This document shows, one piece after another, positions 14,847 through 28,417 of a stretch of DNA of 64,000 nucleotides. Each line of letters starts with the position of its first letter. Position 1 is the first letter of the stretch. Origin of the DNA: the human T2T-CHM13v2.0 reference genome, Homo sapiens; the NCBI RefSeq assembly GCF_009914755.1, contig NC_060936.1, one strand, 5' to 3'. Made by a program: the position numbers and the translations under genes. The notes beneath the pieces are model-generated. The model had not been told where the DNA came from. It saw only the letters and a program-made list of their open reading frames with translations, and did no database searches.

Positions 14847-15325
14847 TTTTTTTTTTTTTTTTTTTTTGTTATAGAAATCTGTTTAATGGTTTAGGAATGT
14901 GTACACTCTGGCTCTGCCAAGTTTCCATAAAGGCAACTTTTCCATGTTTTAAAAAATAGATTTGGTATAAAGATTTATATATTCATAAATAGGTGGCATG
15001 AAAAATTACCAAATGCAAATGGAATACTTGCGCTGACTGAAGCCCTGTTCACCCCAAGTCCAGGCCCTGCAGGGGTCCGAGGGTCTCTGCTGGAGGAGGC
15101 CCCAACTCCGGCAGCCTCTTAGGGAAGAGAAACTGAATTAAATGTGTATTAGGAACCCCTCCAGCTCCTTAAGCCAGCGTCGCACTGGCCCCACCGAGGC
15201 CTCAGCCCACCTCCCTCTGCTTCCCCCCGCCACCTCCACCATTGCCCCCTCCCCTGCACTCTGGCCCCTGACCCCACCTGCTCCCACTCTTTGGCAATTT
15301 ATCAACAAAGGAAGAGATGACACTG
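14847..15325 (-). pseudogene. Polyadenylated retrocopy of an unidentified 3'-UTR-like sequence (truncated processed pseudogene or orphan transduction)
   Basis: T24 tract 14844-14867; ATTAAA on the minus strand (tttaat 14882-14887), 14 nt from the tail; perfect 16-bp TSD tgtctgaacaaaattt at 14831-14846 and 15326-15341. Confidence 0.9.
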
Positions 15326-15847
15326 TGTCTGAACAAAATTTAAAGGCACACTATTGGAAGGAGATGTAGAAGAAATCCCCAAGAAAATATTACTATACAA
15401 GGTATACATTTTAAAAATCTATAAATAAATATAAAAAAATCAGATAGAAAAATTGGTAAATGACATGAACAGGCAATTTACAACAAAAGGAAGGTGAATG
15501 GCCAATAACCACATGGAAAAGTTTTCAACTTCCCTAGTGATTAGGAAAATACAAATTAGACAAAAATGAGATAACACTTTATACCAAGCAAATTGGCAAA
15601 TCTAAGAAGTCTCACGACATTTGTGTTAATGAGGAAGTGAAACAACAGAAAGCAGTGTTCACTGATAGTGGCAGTGTACATTTGTACAACCATTTGGGAA
15701 ATAATTTCTGCTAAAAGTGAAAATGCTTGTACTCAGCACTTCTCTTGCTGAATGCTAGAGGTGTTTGCATACATGCATAAGAATATTCACTGTAGCATTT
15801 TGTAATAGTAGTAGAACAATTGGGAGAAAAAAATTTTATGTCGATTA

Positions 15848-16151
<304 letters not shown>

Positions 16152-16676
16152 TATATATACATATGTATATATAATGTAATTTATAAAATGAACCAGATCA
16201 CCATATAAAATATAGATAAATCCCATAAACACAATATTGAGTTTTTAAAGAAACTGAAAAAGATATGTATAATAGATTTAACAGTGAAAATTTTTATTAT
16301 ATAAAATAACATGTTATTTGTGGGTATATACATGTGTAGTAAAAATATAGAAACATGGTTAGAGCACTTTTGGATGAGGGAGGAAAGAAAATTGGAAGAG
16401 AGTACCTCCAAATCTATAACATTTTATTCCTAAAGCAATAAATCTGAGGCAAATATGGTGACACTGACCTGGCTACCTAGACTCTGAACAGTGGAGGCAT
16501 GACTGAAAACAAAATCTTGACACACCCCATGCATAGCAGCTGGCACCTGAGCCCTAGGTAGGTATCCTACAGGCTCAGCTTGCCACCTCCAGCCAAGCCA
16601 GATTCTCCTGTCTCCAGCCTGTCAGCCACACTCAGAGACATGCCTTTCCTAATATGGGACAGAAACAGTCCCCAGC

Positions 16677-17168
16677 TATGATGGTTAATTTTATGTGTCA
16701 AACTGACTGGGTTGCAAGATGCTCAGATATTTGATCAAACATTATTTTGGGTGTCTCTGTGAGGTGTTTTTGGATGAGATTCACATTTAAAGCAGTGGAC
16801 TTTGAGAAAAGCAGGTTGCCCTTTATAAAGTGTGTGGGACTCATCTTATCAATCAAATGCTTGGATAGAACAAAAAGGCTGACCCTCCTCCAAGTAAAAG
16901 TCTTTTTAACAGCCTTTGAACAGGGCCATCACCTTTTTCCTGCCTTTGCACTTGAACTGAAACACCAATTCTTTCTGAGTTTCACCCTGATGCCCTTTGA
17001 ACTGAAATGACATCATTGGCTCTGCTGGGTCTCCAGCTTGCTAACTGGTTCTGCAGATTTGGGGACTTGCCAGCCTTCATAATCACATGAGCCAATTTCT
17101 TATACTAAATCTCTTTTGATATATATACCCTGTTGGCGCTGCTTCTCTGGAGAACTCTCATTAATACA
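16677..17168. mobile_element. MLT2-family (ERVL) solo LTR
   Basis: tgatggttaattttatgtgtcaaactgactggg ... tctctggagaactctcattaataca. Confidence 0.85.
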
Positions 17169-18033
17169 TCAATTTTTTTGGTATTAAAAGATCTACCCCA
17201 TTTCTCTTCCTCCGAAACTCATCCCCCAAAGCTTAGACTCATTGCTGGATTGGGCTTCCTGTTGGGTAGCAAAACTTTTCCTCCACACTCTTTATTCTCT
17301 TCGTCTGTATTTTTTCTTTAATAATGGCAAGTTGTTATATTTAACATATATTTAATATATATTTAATAACTACTTAACAGTCAATATTTATTATTTGGAG
17401 ATTCCACATTTGCAAATTTGCCTACTTGCTAAGATTTGTGTGTAGCCTCCAAATCAGAACAAGCAGCACTTTCACGGTTCTTTGTGGACAAGCATTGAGT
17501 GGTGAAGAATTTGAATCACCTGATGCACACTTTCCCAGCTGAAGTGAAACGAGGCCACACTCTACCTTCTTTTTATCTATCATACTCTAAACAAGTGTTC
17601 TTTTTGTGGTCTATCCAGTGACATTTTTTTTTTTTTTTGCATTTTTGTGCTTTTTCTTGGTGATTTTACTGTTTAAAATAGCCCCCAAATGTTTTGCTCA
17701 AGTACTAGTGTCTAGTGTTCCTAAGTGAAGAAAGCTGTGCTTTCCCTTTTGGAGAAAATAACTGTACATTTAAGCTTCATTCAGTCAAGTTATAGTGCTG
17801 TTGCTGTGAGTTCAATGTTAATGAATTAACCATATATATGAAATACAGTGTTTTAAACAGAAACACATACAAAGCAAGGTTAGGTGTCGATTGGTTGATA
17901 AAAATGTGACTGATCTGAGGCTCACAGGAATCTAACCCTGTGTTTCTCCTAAGAGCAGTGGTTCAGTATTCAGTAACTCAGTGTTCACAGTGACTTTGCA
18001 GGACATTGCTACTGCAAATAATGAAAATCAACC

Positions 18034-18318
18034 GCCAGGTGCAATGGCTTACACCTATAATCCCAGCATGTTGGGGGGCCAAGACGGGAGGACTGCTTGA
18101 TCCCAGGAGTTTGAGACCGGCCTGGAAAGCATATAGAGACCTCGTCCCTCAAAAATAATAAAAGATATTAGCTAGGTATGATGGTACATGCCTGTGGTCC
18201 CAGCTACTTGGGAGGCTGAAGTGGGAGGATAGTCTGAGCCCAGGAGGTCAAGACTAAAATGAGCCATCATGCCACTACACTCCAGCCTGGGTGACAGAGT
18301 GAGACTATGTCTGAAAAA
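18034..18318 (+). mobile_element. AluJ
   Basis: J-type diagnostics gggaggactgcttgatcccaggagtttgagacc; degenerate TSD gaaaRtcaac at 18023 and 18511. Confidence 0.9.
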
Positions 18319-18329
18319 AGAAGAAAGAG

Positions 18330-18400
<71 letters not shown>

Positions 18401-18514
18401 GAAAGAAAGAGAAAGAAAGAAAGAAGAAAGAAAGAGAGAGAGAGAAAGGAAAGGAAAGGAAAAGACAAAAGAAAAGAGAAAAGAAAAGAAAAAAGAAAGA
18501 AGGAAAGAAAGAAA
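18313..18514. repeat. ~200-bp purine tract with (GAAA)~17, derived from the Alu tail
   Basis: Direct reading. Confidence 0.97.
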
Positions 18515-18819
18515 GTCAACTGTATGTTTAAAAATCTAAGTTGTGGGTGGGTATCTGAATGTATTTTTTAAAACGGTTCATAAAAAAACACAAGACTTCT
18601 TTTGTATGTGTAAAATATATCATAATTTTAAACCATTTTAAAAAATAAAAGGGCATTCATTGATGCCAAAGCTTAGTGTATGACAGAGAGACTGAGGGGG
18701 CAGACTGAGGGGGCAGGCAGAGAAGCAGGTGTCTGATCGTGAAGAGGCAGTAGGCAAAAGGAATACATTTGAATTTTATTCAGAACCAAAATAATTAACT
18801 CATGCTGGCAAAAGATTTT

Positions 18820-19365
18820 GTTAGATTACTCATTCCCTTCTCTCTCCCCTCTTCATCCTGCTTTCTATAACTTTCTCACCCAACTATCAAGGGACCCAAA
18901 TATCTGGTGCATCCCTATTCAAGGATGTACATTTCTAGATATCTCATTTTCACAATAAGTCTGACTCCATTTCTGATGTTTGACTTCTGTCAGCTTTTAG
19001 GCCTCACCCCTCCCTCCTTCCCCTGTCCCACAAGTCAGTAAGCTGATAAGAAATTCTGGATGTTCTCTCCTTTGGCACTGGTGAGAGATTCAAACCACCT
19101 AAGTCCTTTGCCTGCACAGGAACCCTCAGCCCAGACCCACCACCTAAACACTGTAAAAGCACCAAACCCATCTCCTTTCCTTGTCTTTTAAGCCATTTTC
19201 AGATTCCATGGGTATTCCTTTTCTGCTCCTTACAGAAATGCCTCAGTCATGTAAGTATCACAACTTTTCATGTCCTCTCGGTATATATGTGGCATCATCA
19301 GTCTCTGCATCCAAGCCAAATTATGGGTGGGGGTTCCATTGTATTTTTGCAGAAGGACTATTACA
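18820..19365 (+). mobile_element. Old ERVL-type LTR (MER54/MER74-like; family uncertain)
   Basis: gtggcatcatcagtctctgcatccaagccaaattatgggtggggg resembles recalled LTR U5 sequence. Confidence 0.5.
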
Positions 19366-19403
19366 CTTTCAATATAGAAAAACTATTCCAGGATTAAGAA
19401 CTA

Positions 19404-19871
<468 letters not shown>

Positions 19872-20659
19872 TTAACCTGACCACCATCTTATTCTTATGA
19901 TACAATGAGAGATAAATAGGAGTCTTTGTAGATTTATCTAAACTGTTTATTACACGGCTGGTGCTATTATTTTTCCTATTCATTGTATAGTCCCATCACT
20001 GTGGCTGAAAAGATAAACATGAGTTCCTGAAGAGCTCTCTTACTTTTGTTGTACCTCTTTAGACCACCATGCTCCATAGCTATGTCCACCTGGAACACAG
20101 AGGAATGTAGAATCCTCTCCATTAATGGCAGAGCCATAAATTGTTATATCTGCCATATGTCCCTGTCTCTTGCTATTGCATAAAACGTGGTCAGCTAAAG
20201 GCCTGCCACTCTGCACTTGAGCTAGGAAATTCTTCCCCATCTTTACTCAAAATGGAAAGTGCAGCTATAACAAAGTACCTGTAATTAGAATAAGCCATCA
20301 GCTAAATGTATTATTACAATTTATTGGCAGGATAACAATAGCTGCTATGTTCTGTGCACCTACCATAACCAAAATCATTTCTTCTGTTTTCCTGAGGCAG
20401 CTTTCCCCTTCCTGGGCTATAATAACAAGGTATTTCCCCTTCCTGGGCTATAATAGCAAAATAAATGCCAAGAAACATAATTAAATGAGGAAAAAAGACA
20501 AATACCAAATATTTAGTATTTACAAAGTATTGTCCCTTTTGTACTTCCCAAAGTTCAAAGGGCCAGAATTTGAACCAAGATACATCTGACTCCAAAGCTT
20601 GTCATCTTTATGCCTATGGACTTTACCAGGCAACACTAATCACTGAACAGTCATTACCC

Positions 20660-21250
20660 ACATTCTTTTTTGCTAAAAATAGAATCCTGATTTTGTTCAG
20701 CTGTCAGGTGGCCGGGTGCTTCACAGAAATTTGTTCTCTTCCCAGCCCAGAAGTGACCTTTGATGAGGTCAAATCAAATTTGATAGTTCCATCCCTTTTC
20801 TAGCTATTGATTGAGCAGTGGACATGTGACCCAACCCTTTCAAATAAGACACGTAGAAAGTTTGCTGAGAGACTTCTTGGGACATTTCTTTCCTTAAAAT
20901 ATAATGACACGAGTCCATTGATTTTTCTTATGTTTTTATTTTATTGATTTATTTGTATTTATTTTTGCTTTTTTGTTGCTCTGGATATGTTTGCAGGGAT
21001 GTGATGCACAGAACATTGGTAGTCATCTTGCGACATTGGGGGAAATTACACTAAGGGAACACAACAATATCCTGAGAATACCAGAATGGAAAAATATAAA
21101 GAACCTAGATCCCTAACAAAATTGCTGAAAAGTTTAACTAAACCTTGTACCTCCACTGTTCTCTTCAAATGAGATAATTTAAAACTTTTGGTTTGGGTAT
21201 TTTGATTGGGTTGTCTGTTCCTTGAGGTCCAAAATGACCTTGCTGACACT
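20660..21250. mobile_element. Old MLT1 (K/L-like) MaLR LTR
   Basis: aatagaatcctgattttgttcag...gtggacatgtgacccaa...gtcatcttgcgaca. Confidence 0.55.
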
Positions 21251-21319
21251 TGGTCTATAAAATGAGATTTATTACCTGTAGATGTTTTAAAAACCTAGAA
21301 ATAAATTTTCTTGTAAATC

Positions 21320-24060
21320 AAGAAACAGTATTTCTGGATCCTTTATTGGATGTAGAAAGCAGGAAAGAATATCATCCCACACTTATAACCAATAAGAAAA
21401 AAAAGTTAATTTACAAAATTATAACTTCTCTTGAATCTGTCACAGGGCTATGGTCACAAGGCAGACACAACTAACTTAAGAAATTCAAAGAAAGACAGGT
21501 GCCTTCAAGGAGAGTACCTGCTTGCCTGCAGCAAACACCAGATACCATCCAAGCTGGTAAGAAAAAAATCGGCCAAAATTTTTAACAGACTGTTAAAGGT
21601 CAAATGGGATAGTATAGGGTATAGAGTTTAGAGTGACAGTATAGAACTACTGAGAGCCACAAACATAAGGGGAATTCACATCCACTTGCAGGCTCTTCTC
21701 CACAGATGCTGAGTGCTCATGAGAAAAATTAAAGACAGGATGAGATTCCAGAGAAAACATCACTGTGGTACAGACTTGCAGAGGAGAAGAGCAGCCACCG
21801 AGGCAAAGGCTTGAAGATATACCCATTTCTTTCTCTCCTCAGGAAAAAAACAAACAAACAAACAAACAAACAAAACAAACAAAAAAGCCTTATCCCACTG
21901 AGGGAAAAACAACAACAACAACAACAAACTATGTCACCATCAGGGCACTGGTAGAGACCCATTGTAGCTGGGGAAATGAACAGAAAAACCTTCTGGGGAA
22001 GGGCAGGAATATATCCTAAGTCTAGACCATTAGAGATCATTAGAGATTTCCTACTCCTGGGCAAATAAAAATATCACAGAGAAAGCCTCACCTCTAAGAC
22101 CCAAGGACAGAGCACCTATCTGAGACTGAGACTGAACCAGAACAGCAAACAACGCCTCCATTCCACTCCCAACACCAGGCTAGCAAGCTCAATAAACAAG
22201 TAATAGCAGTCTTCAATGCTAAGAGAACTTAACAAAGCATAGGCACAAAGGGAAGACCTAAATCTGAGGATGAAGCAGACATTGAGAAAAACCCTCTGAC
22301 AAACTACTCTCCACCTAAGCACAAGGTAACGCTAGAAGTTGAAGCCTGTGACACATTGAGAGTAACCATAACAGGAAGATAGCATACACCCAGTCTAACT
22401 CCTGACTTGATTGAATCAATCCCATACACTAGAAGCCTAGCAAAAAGCCATAAATATTTTCTTCAGTCTTTGCTGTCTACAAAAAAGTGTCCAGTTTTCA
22501 ACCAAAAATTGCAAGATACACAAAGCAGCACATAAAGAGAATATATCATTAAGAGACAAAGTAATTAACACAACTACATTCAATTATGAGAGATAATTTG
22601 GAACTATCAAACAGTAACTTTAAAACAACTATAATTAATATGTTAAAGGATCTAGTGAAAAACGTCATTAATTTGCATGATCACAAGGAAAGGATCAGCA
22701 AAAAGATGGAAACTATAAGAAAAATGCTAGAATGAAAAGCATGATAAAAGAGATGAAGAATACTGGAGAATGATGAAAGCACGATGATGAATAGGCATTG
22801 TCTGGCTTCATTCCCTCTCACCCTCAAGAAATCTAACTAGCAATTATCCACAGGCAAAAATACCATCCTGAATACTGGGAGTAAATGTGACACCCCCTTG
22901 GACTGAAGAACCTAGAAAAGCTGCAATCAAATGACAAGAGGAGAAATTCTTTTGAACCACACTGCACCTTCCTCAAGCCAGCATAGTGCCACACAGAGAT
23001 AATTTCCCTAGACCCACAATTTCTGTAGTAGAAAAAAAATGAGTTGGAGATGGATAGTCAACTTCCCCACCATTCTCTCTTTTTCTTTCCTCAGGAAAAA
23101 AAAAAAAAAAAGAAAGCCTTATCCCGCTGAGGGAAAAACAACAACAACAACAACAAAAACTATGTCACCATCAGGGCTCTGATAGAGACCCATTATAGCT
23201 GGGGAAAGGAATAGAAAAACCTTCTGGGGAAGGGCAGGAATATATCCTAAGTTTAGACCATTAGAGATCATTAGAGATTTCCTACTGCTGGGCAAATAAA
23301 AATCCTTCTTTGCAGGAGGATTGTTTCTCTTATCACATAGAGAACATTGGGAGTACTGACAGGGCTAGAACATGTGGGGTCAGTTAGAAACAAAAAACAG
23401 GAGTGAACCTCACAGTGACCAGTGCACAAATCTTGGTGGTTGTTCTGCATTCCAGCCAATTTCTAAATGACTCACAGATCAAAAAGGAAGTTATAAGGAG
23501 ATTTGGAAAATATTCTGAATTGAATAAAAAATAAAAACACAAAACAACAAAATTTGCAAGATGTGGTCAAAGCAGTGCTTTTGGGAAAATTTATAGAACT
23601 GAAATGCTCATATTAGAAGAGAAGAAATATTTCAAATCAGTGATGTAAGCTTTTGCCTTAAGAAACTTGATAAAGAGAACAAAGTAAACCCAAAGGAAGA
23701 AAATCATAAAGATCAGAGCAGAAGTCAATGAAACTGATAGCAGAAAAATTATGGGAAATATTACTAATTAATATAATTAATTAATAAACTGACAAAAAAG
23801 AGAGAGAAGACACAAATTACAAATATCAGAAATGGATGAATAAATATCACTATGTAACCTACAGCTATTTACAGAATAATAGAAAATCAATTATGTATCC
23901 ATAGATTTGACAACTTAGATGAAATGGACACATCTCTTGAGACACAAGCTTCCAAATTTCCTTCAAGAAGAAATAGATTAGTCTTATATCTTTTTTAAAA
24001 ATTCATTTTTAATGAAAAACCTTCCAACAAAGAAAATTCCAGGCCCAGATGACTTCACAG
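21320..24060 (+). mobile_element. Mosaic of L1M pieces: 5'UTR/ORF1 (21320-22760), a second L1 5' end (~22770-23455), ORF2 fragment (23460-24060)
   Basis: ggaactatcaaacagtaactttaaaacaactataattaatatg (ORF1); agatttgacaacttagatgaaatggac...ccaggcccagatgacttcac (ORF2). Confidence 0.7.
23070..23303 (+). repeat. Displaced direct duplicate of 21823-22072
   Basis: Near-identical from cctcaggaaaaa to gggcaaataaaaat, sharing (CAA)n and the cattagagat x2 tandem. Confidence 0.95.
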
Positions 24061-24123
24061 CTCTATCATTTTCTACATTTGCTTCGGTTTTGATTCTCCA
24101 CTCTGAGCTTCATAATTATTAGA

Positions 24124-24418
24124 TTTTTATTTTTTCAAAGCAAGGTCTCACTCCATCACCCAGGCTGGAGTGCAGTGGTATGACTATGGCTAACTGCAGT
24201 CTCAACCTCCTGGGCTCAAGCAATTCTCCCACTTCAGCCACCTGAGTAGCTGGGACTACAGCCACACAGAACCATGCCCAGCTAATTTTTAATTTTTCTG
24301 CAGAGATAAGGTTTCACTCTGTTGTCCAGGCTGGTCTTGAACTCCTAAGCTCAAACAATCCTCCTGACTCAGCTTCCCAAAGCACTGAGATTACAGGTGT
24401 AAGCCACTGCAACTGGTT
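24124..24418 (-). mobile_element. AluJ
   Basis: ctcaacctcctgggctcaagcaattctcccac J-type. Confidence 0.9.
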
Positions 24419-27400
24419 GATTACTTGGCCTTTGTGTGTGAATACTGTTTGTGTTATACCTACAGAATTATTTTTTAGATATTAAGTTCATAGAAATTTA
24501 GTTCAAAATGTTATTAGTACACTATCTTAGATTCATGATCATTTTTCAATTAATGACTTTATAAGCACCATTAAAGCTATCCCCACAACTCCATGAAAAG
24601 AGGAGGCAAATAGAATCATGGGGAACAGAAGTTAAACAACTCTTCCAGCCTCATGCTAAATTGATCAGTTCAAATGAGTTCAACTATAAGTCAAGGGCCT
24701 TGAGTCTTGTCTGCTGCACCCCTGTGACTGGACTAACTCGGTCTGGCTACTGTGCAAGGTCAAAAATACACAACCAAAAACTGTCAAGCTAAGGGAGAAA
24801 TCAAGAGTTGGAGTAAGATTACCACGCCAGAGCTAGACACACAAAAATGAAGATCTGAGACAAAGCAGACACAGTCAGCAGGAAGCAAGGACGACTGAGA
24901 GCTTTGCAAGTCTGAATTAGGCTTTCAAGCCATAGTAGGACAAACCAGAGGTCAAAGGGGAGGCCTAGAGGAAATTCAACCCTTCAGGCTTTCTGCTGAA
25001 ATAGGATGGGGTCAGGGAGGCCAATTGGCAGCTTAGAGAAGAGAGCCTGAGGCTGAATATCTCGTTCTACCTGGGGTGTGTGTCTTATACCCTTTCTGAT
25101 CTGGTTCACAGATTAACTTTTGCATGCTCAATTCACTCACCCTGCTCCCCCACAAGGTCCAGAACTGATCAGTAAACTCAGCTGAACAGTGGATTTTGTG
25201 AAATAAAAAAAGCCAAGACAGTTGATTGAATGAATGTCAGCAATTCGTTAGATGTTTTGGTGTCCTTTGGACAGAGCTTATTCATAATCACTCTTGCTTA
25301 ATGTTTTAAAGTATGATCTTACATTTAAAAGAAAATGTGGAGTAGCAACAGAAAGAACAAGTTTTGAAGTCAAAATGACTTGAATAAAAATCACTGCTGT
25401 TTTTGGGCACAAGACTTTAGACAATTAGAAATCTCTAAATTTCAATGTCCCCATATATAACATGGGATCAACAATGTCTACCTCTTGTGAGAGATAAATG
25501 AAATGATATTTGCAAAGTACCTAATACATAGAAGGCACTTGATAAAAAGTAATAATAATGATTATTTTATATGTCTTGTTTAAACTGAATCTTGGACATT
25601 CCATAAATAATCCATCTAGTTTATTCAACAAATATTTATTGAGCACCTACTATGTGCAACAAATACTCTTATAGGTACATGGGATTCAACAAGAAACCCC
25701 AGTCTCTGTCCACCTGGAACTGGCCTTCTATTGAGGGTTTGTATACTATATGCCAACACAGCAAAAGATGCTTCTTCCACTGAACCCAGAATGTAATTCT
25801 TCACCTCACTTCACTCCACTGGTAACAACTAAGGTTACCGAATTACACCTATTGGAAAGACATTCTGTAGATTTCCCTGATACCTTCTGCCTCATCTAAT
25901 AATATCCTGCTAAAGAAAAGGTCCAGTTCTGCAGAATGGAATAACATCTATTCAGAATAGCAACGTAAACTTTGCAGACTCCCTCATACATCTGTACCGG
26001 TATTGGTATTTCAAAGTAATCATATGCTACAGGGGCCAAAGACTCAAATGCCATCTGGGGGGCCATGGGTAAATGAGTCAAGAAGCCCAGTGTCATGGTT
26101 AGTGAGGAAAATTATAAAAATTAAACTGTCTCTATAAAATGCGCAGCCACTACTACTGTCAGTTGATATTGCCAGAGAAAATGCCAGTGTGGTCAGATCT
26201 GACTTTTTAAGAGAAGCTGAAATCTGAATTTTTACATAAAATTAAGTGATTTTCCAAATAAAACCTCTCAATAGTACTTATTCAGCCCAGGAGACATAAA
26301 TTTACAAGCCCAACGGAGGTTTAGAGGACTACGTTTTTAAAAATCAGTAGTGTAAACAGTCTTTAATCCTTTTTCACTTGCTACATGGAAAGACACTCTC
26401 AGAATTGCAAAATGCCAAATGGCAATGGTTTATCATTTTGTTCATTTGTTTGTTTTTATCTGAAACCACAGTTGTTATTCAACATCTAAGAATGTAGAGC
26501 TCAATGGGTCAATCCCATAATTTGTGGAGAAGCTGCAATAAGGCTGGAATAATGATGGATTAGAAGGAATAGGTTGCCCTCACCCTAATGTCTCGTGGCC
26601 TACCACTACCCTGGGATTAAGACATGCAGAGACTTGTTTGTAGTCGCAGATTTTGTATCCTCTCTTGACATGGCTGCAACAAGAATGCACATCTGTGAAG
26701 TGTTTGCCAGCATGTCAAGAGTAACAGGACTCTTGAAGCCATTTCAAATGTCATGTCAATGCTTGTGCATAACATCTTTAAGAAGATTGTTGCTTTAGAG
26801 ATCTTAATATTAAAAAAAGGAACCTGAAACACAATACTTTCAGCCACTTAAAAGTGGAGTTCTTTTTCACTAAGCAGAGCTGAACTTTTTAAACTTTTTA
26901 CCAAACAAGCCTCTTTTTGGTGGTGAGCAAATAAATTAGCATGTGGGTCCTAAGTGCTCTTAAAATCGTTTTGCTATAGATCTGTCCACTGTTTATAATT
27001 CTTGAATAAAGCTAAAAGTAAAGAAAGCCTTTCTCTGAAGGTTTATGAGCATTTTTCCATGAAGCAGAAGTCAAACAGAAGATCAAAGTGATCTAACAAA
27101 ATGCTCCAAACTTGGGTTGGGGTGGGCTGAAGGGCGGTGAAAAGAAATCAGCCCCTCCAGATAGTTTGAGAGATATGTCTTTTTACTTAAAATGAAACAA
27201 AACGGAAAGCATGAGAGTTTGAGTGTATCAGACTAATGAGAGTTTGAGTGACTCAAGCTAAGGTTTCTGAACAATGTTGTTAAAGTATCCGCCTTTGATA
27301 TTTTACCCATAGTATCAAAAACATCTTAAAGGAAGTTAGTCAACTGTTGTACCAAGTAGCAAATATGAACAAAATCAGGTGAATTTCTTATCCCTCTGTT

Positions 27401-28099
27401 CCTAACAGCCATTGATTTCTAGGCTTCTCTGAGTTTCTGCCAAGGGTGGACTTTTCCAAGCTCACAAAGGATTAATGTACAGTCTTGAACTGTCTTGAAG
27501 TGTCTAATGTATTCCATATATTTTGAATACTACATAATTGGCATTTAGCTTTTCATACAATACCAGTTTAAATGCCTACTAACCATTTACTTTACATAGA
27601 AAAATAAAACAAAGGAAACAAAATAAATGTATTGCTGAAAAGGCATGAATCTATTCATCCATGATTAAAGCCTCAATAAATCTGCTTGCAATCACCCATT
27701 GGTATTTAAAGATCTAGTAACTACTCTATTAAATTTAATTCTCTCTGTTTAATGACAGTTATTCTCAATATAATGACAGTTATTTGAAATATATACCCAC
27801 AGATTATTAACGACATTTTAACAAGAGTTTTAAACCATGGAATGTGAGTATGAATCTACCAAATGTCAATAAATCAATTCCTATTTAATGCAGAATGCCT
27901 GAATTGTTAAGTCAAAATATATCCCAACTTAGAATATTTTAAAAACATTTTAATGAAAAAAAGATTTGCCAGGGGGACAATATCTATTTGTGAACTCCTA
28001 GTATTATTTCAGAATAAAATTAAAGATATATAACTTTATAATATATTTATTTTATATAAAAATATGCATTTGAAGGAGAACATTAATTTTTCTTGATTG

Positions 28100-28417
<318 letters not shown>

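Larger units (their letters stand above)
17378..18522 (-). mobile_element. MER82 (TcMar-Tigger), with an AluJ inserted in its terminal repeat
   Basis: Start cagtcaatatttattatttggagattcc; end gcaaataatgaaaatcaac / gtcaactg-TA; body matches the recalled MER82 consensus in reverse. Confidence 0.8.

Noticed and set aside
15138-15369. Short Pro/Ala-rich ORFs in the orphan retrocopy
   Set aside because: Explained by GC-rich composition; one crosses the TSD into L1; no recognisable homology
18172-18571. KER-rich and FLS-rich ORFs
   Set aside because: Translations of the GAAA simple repeat
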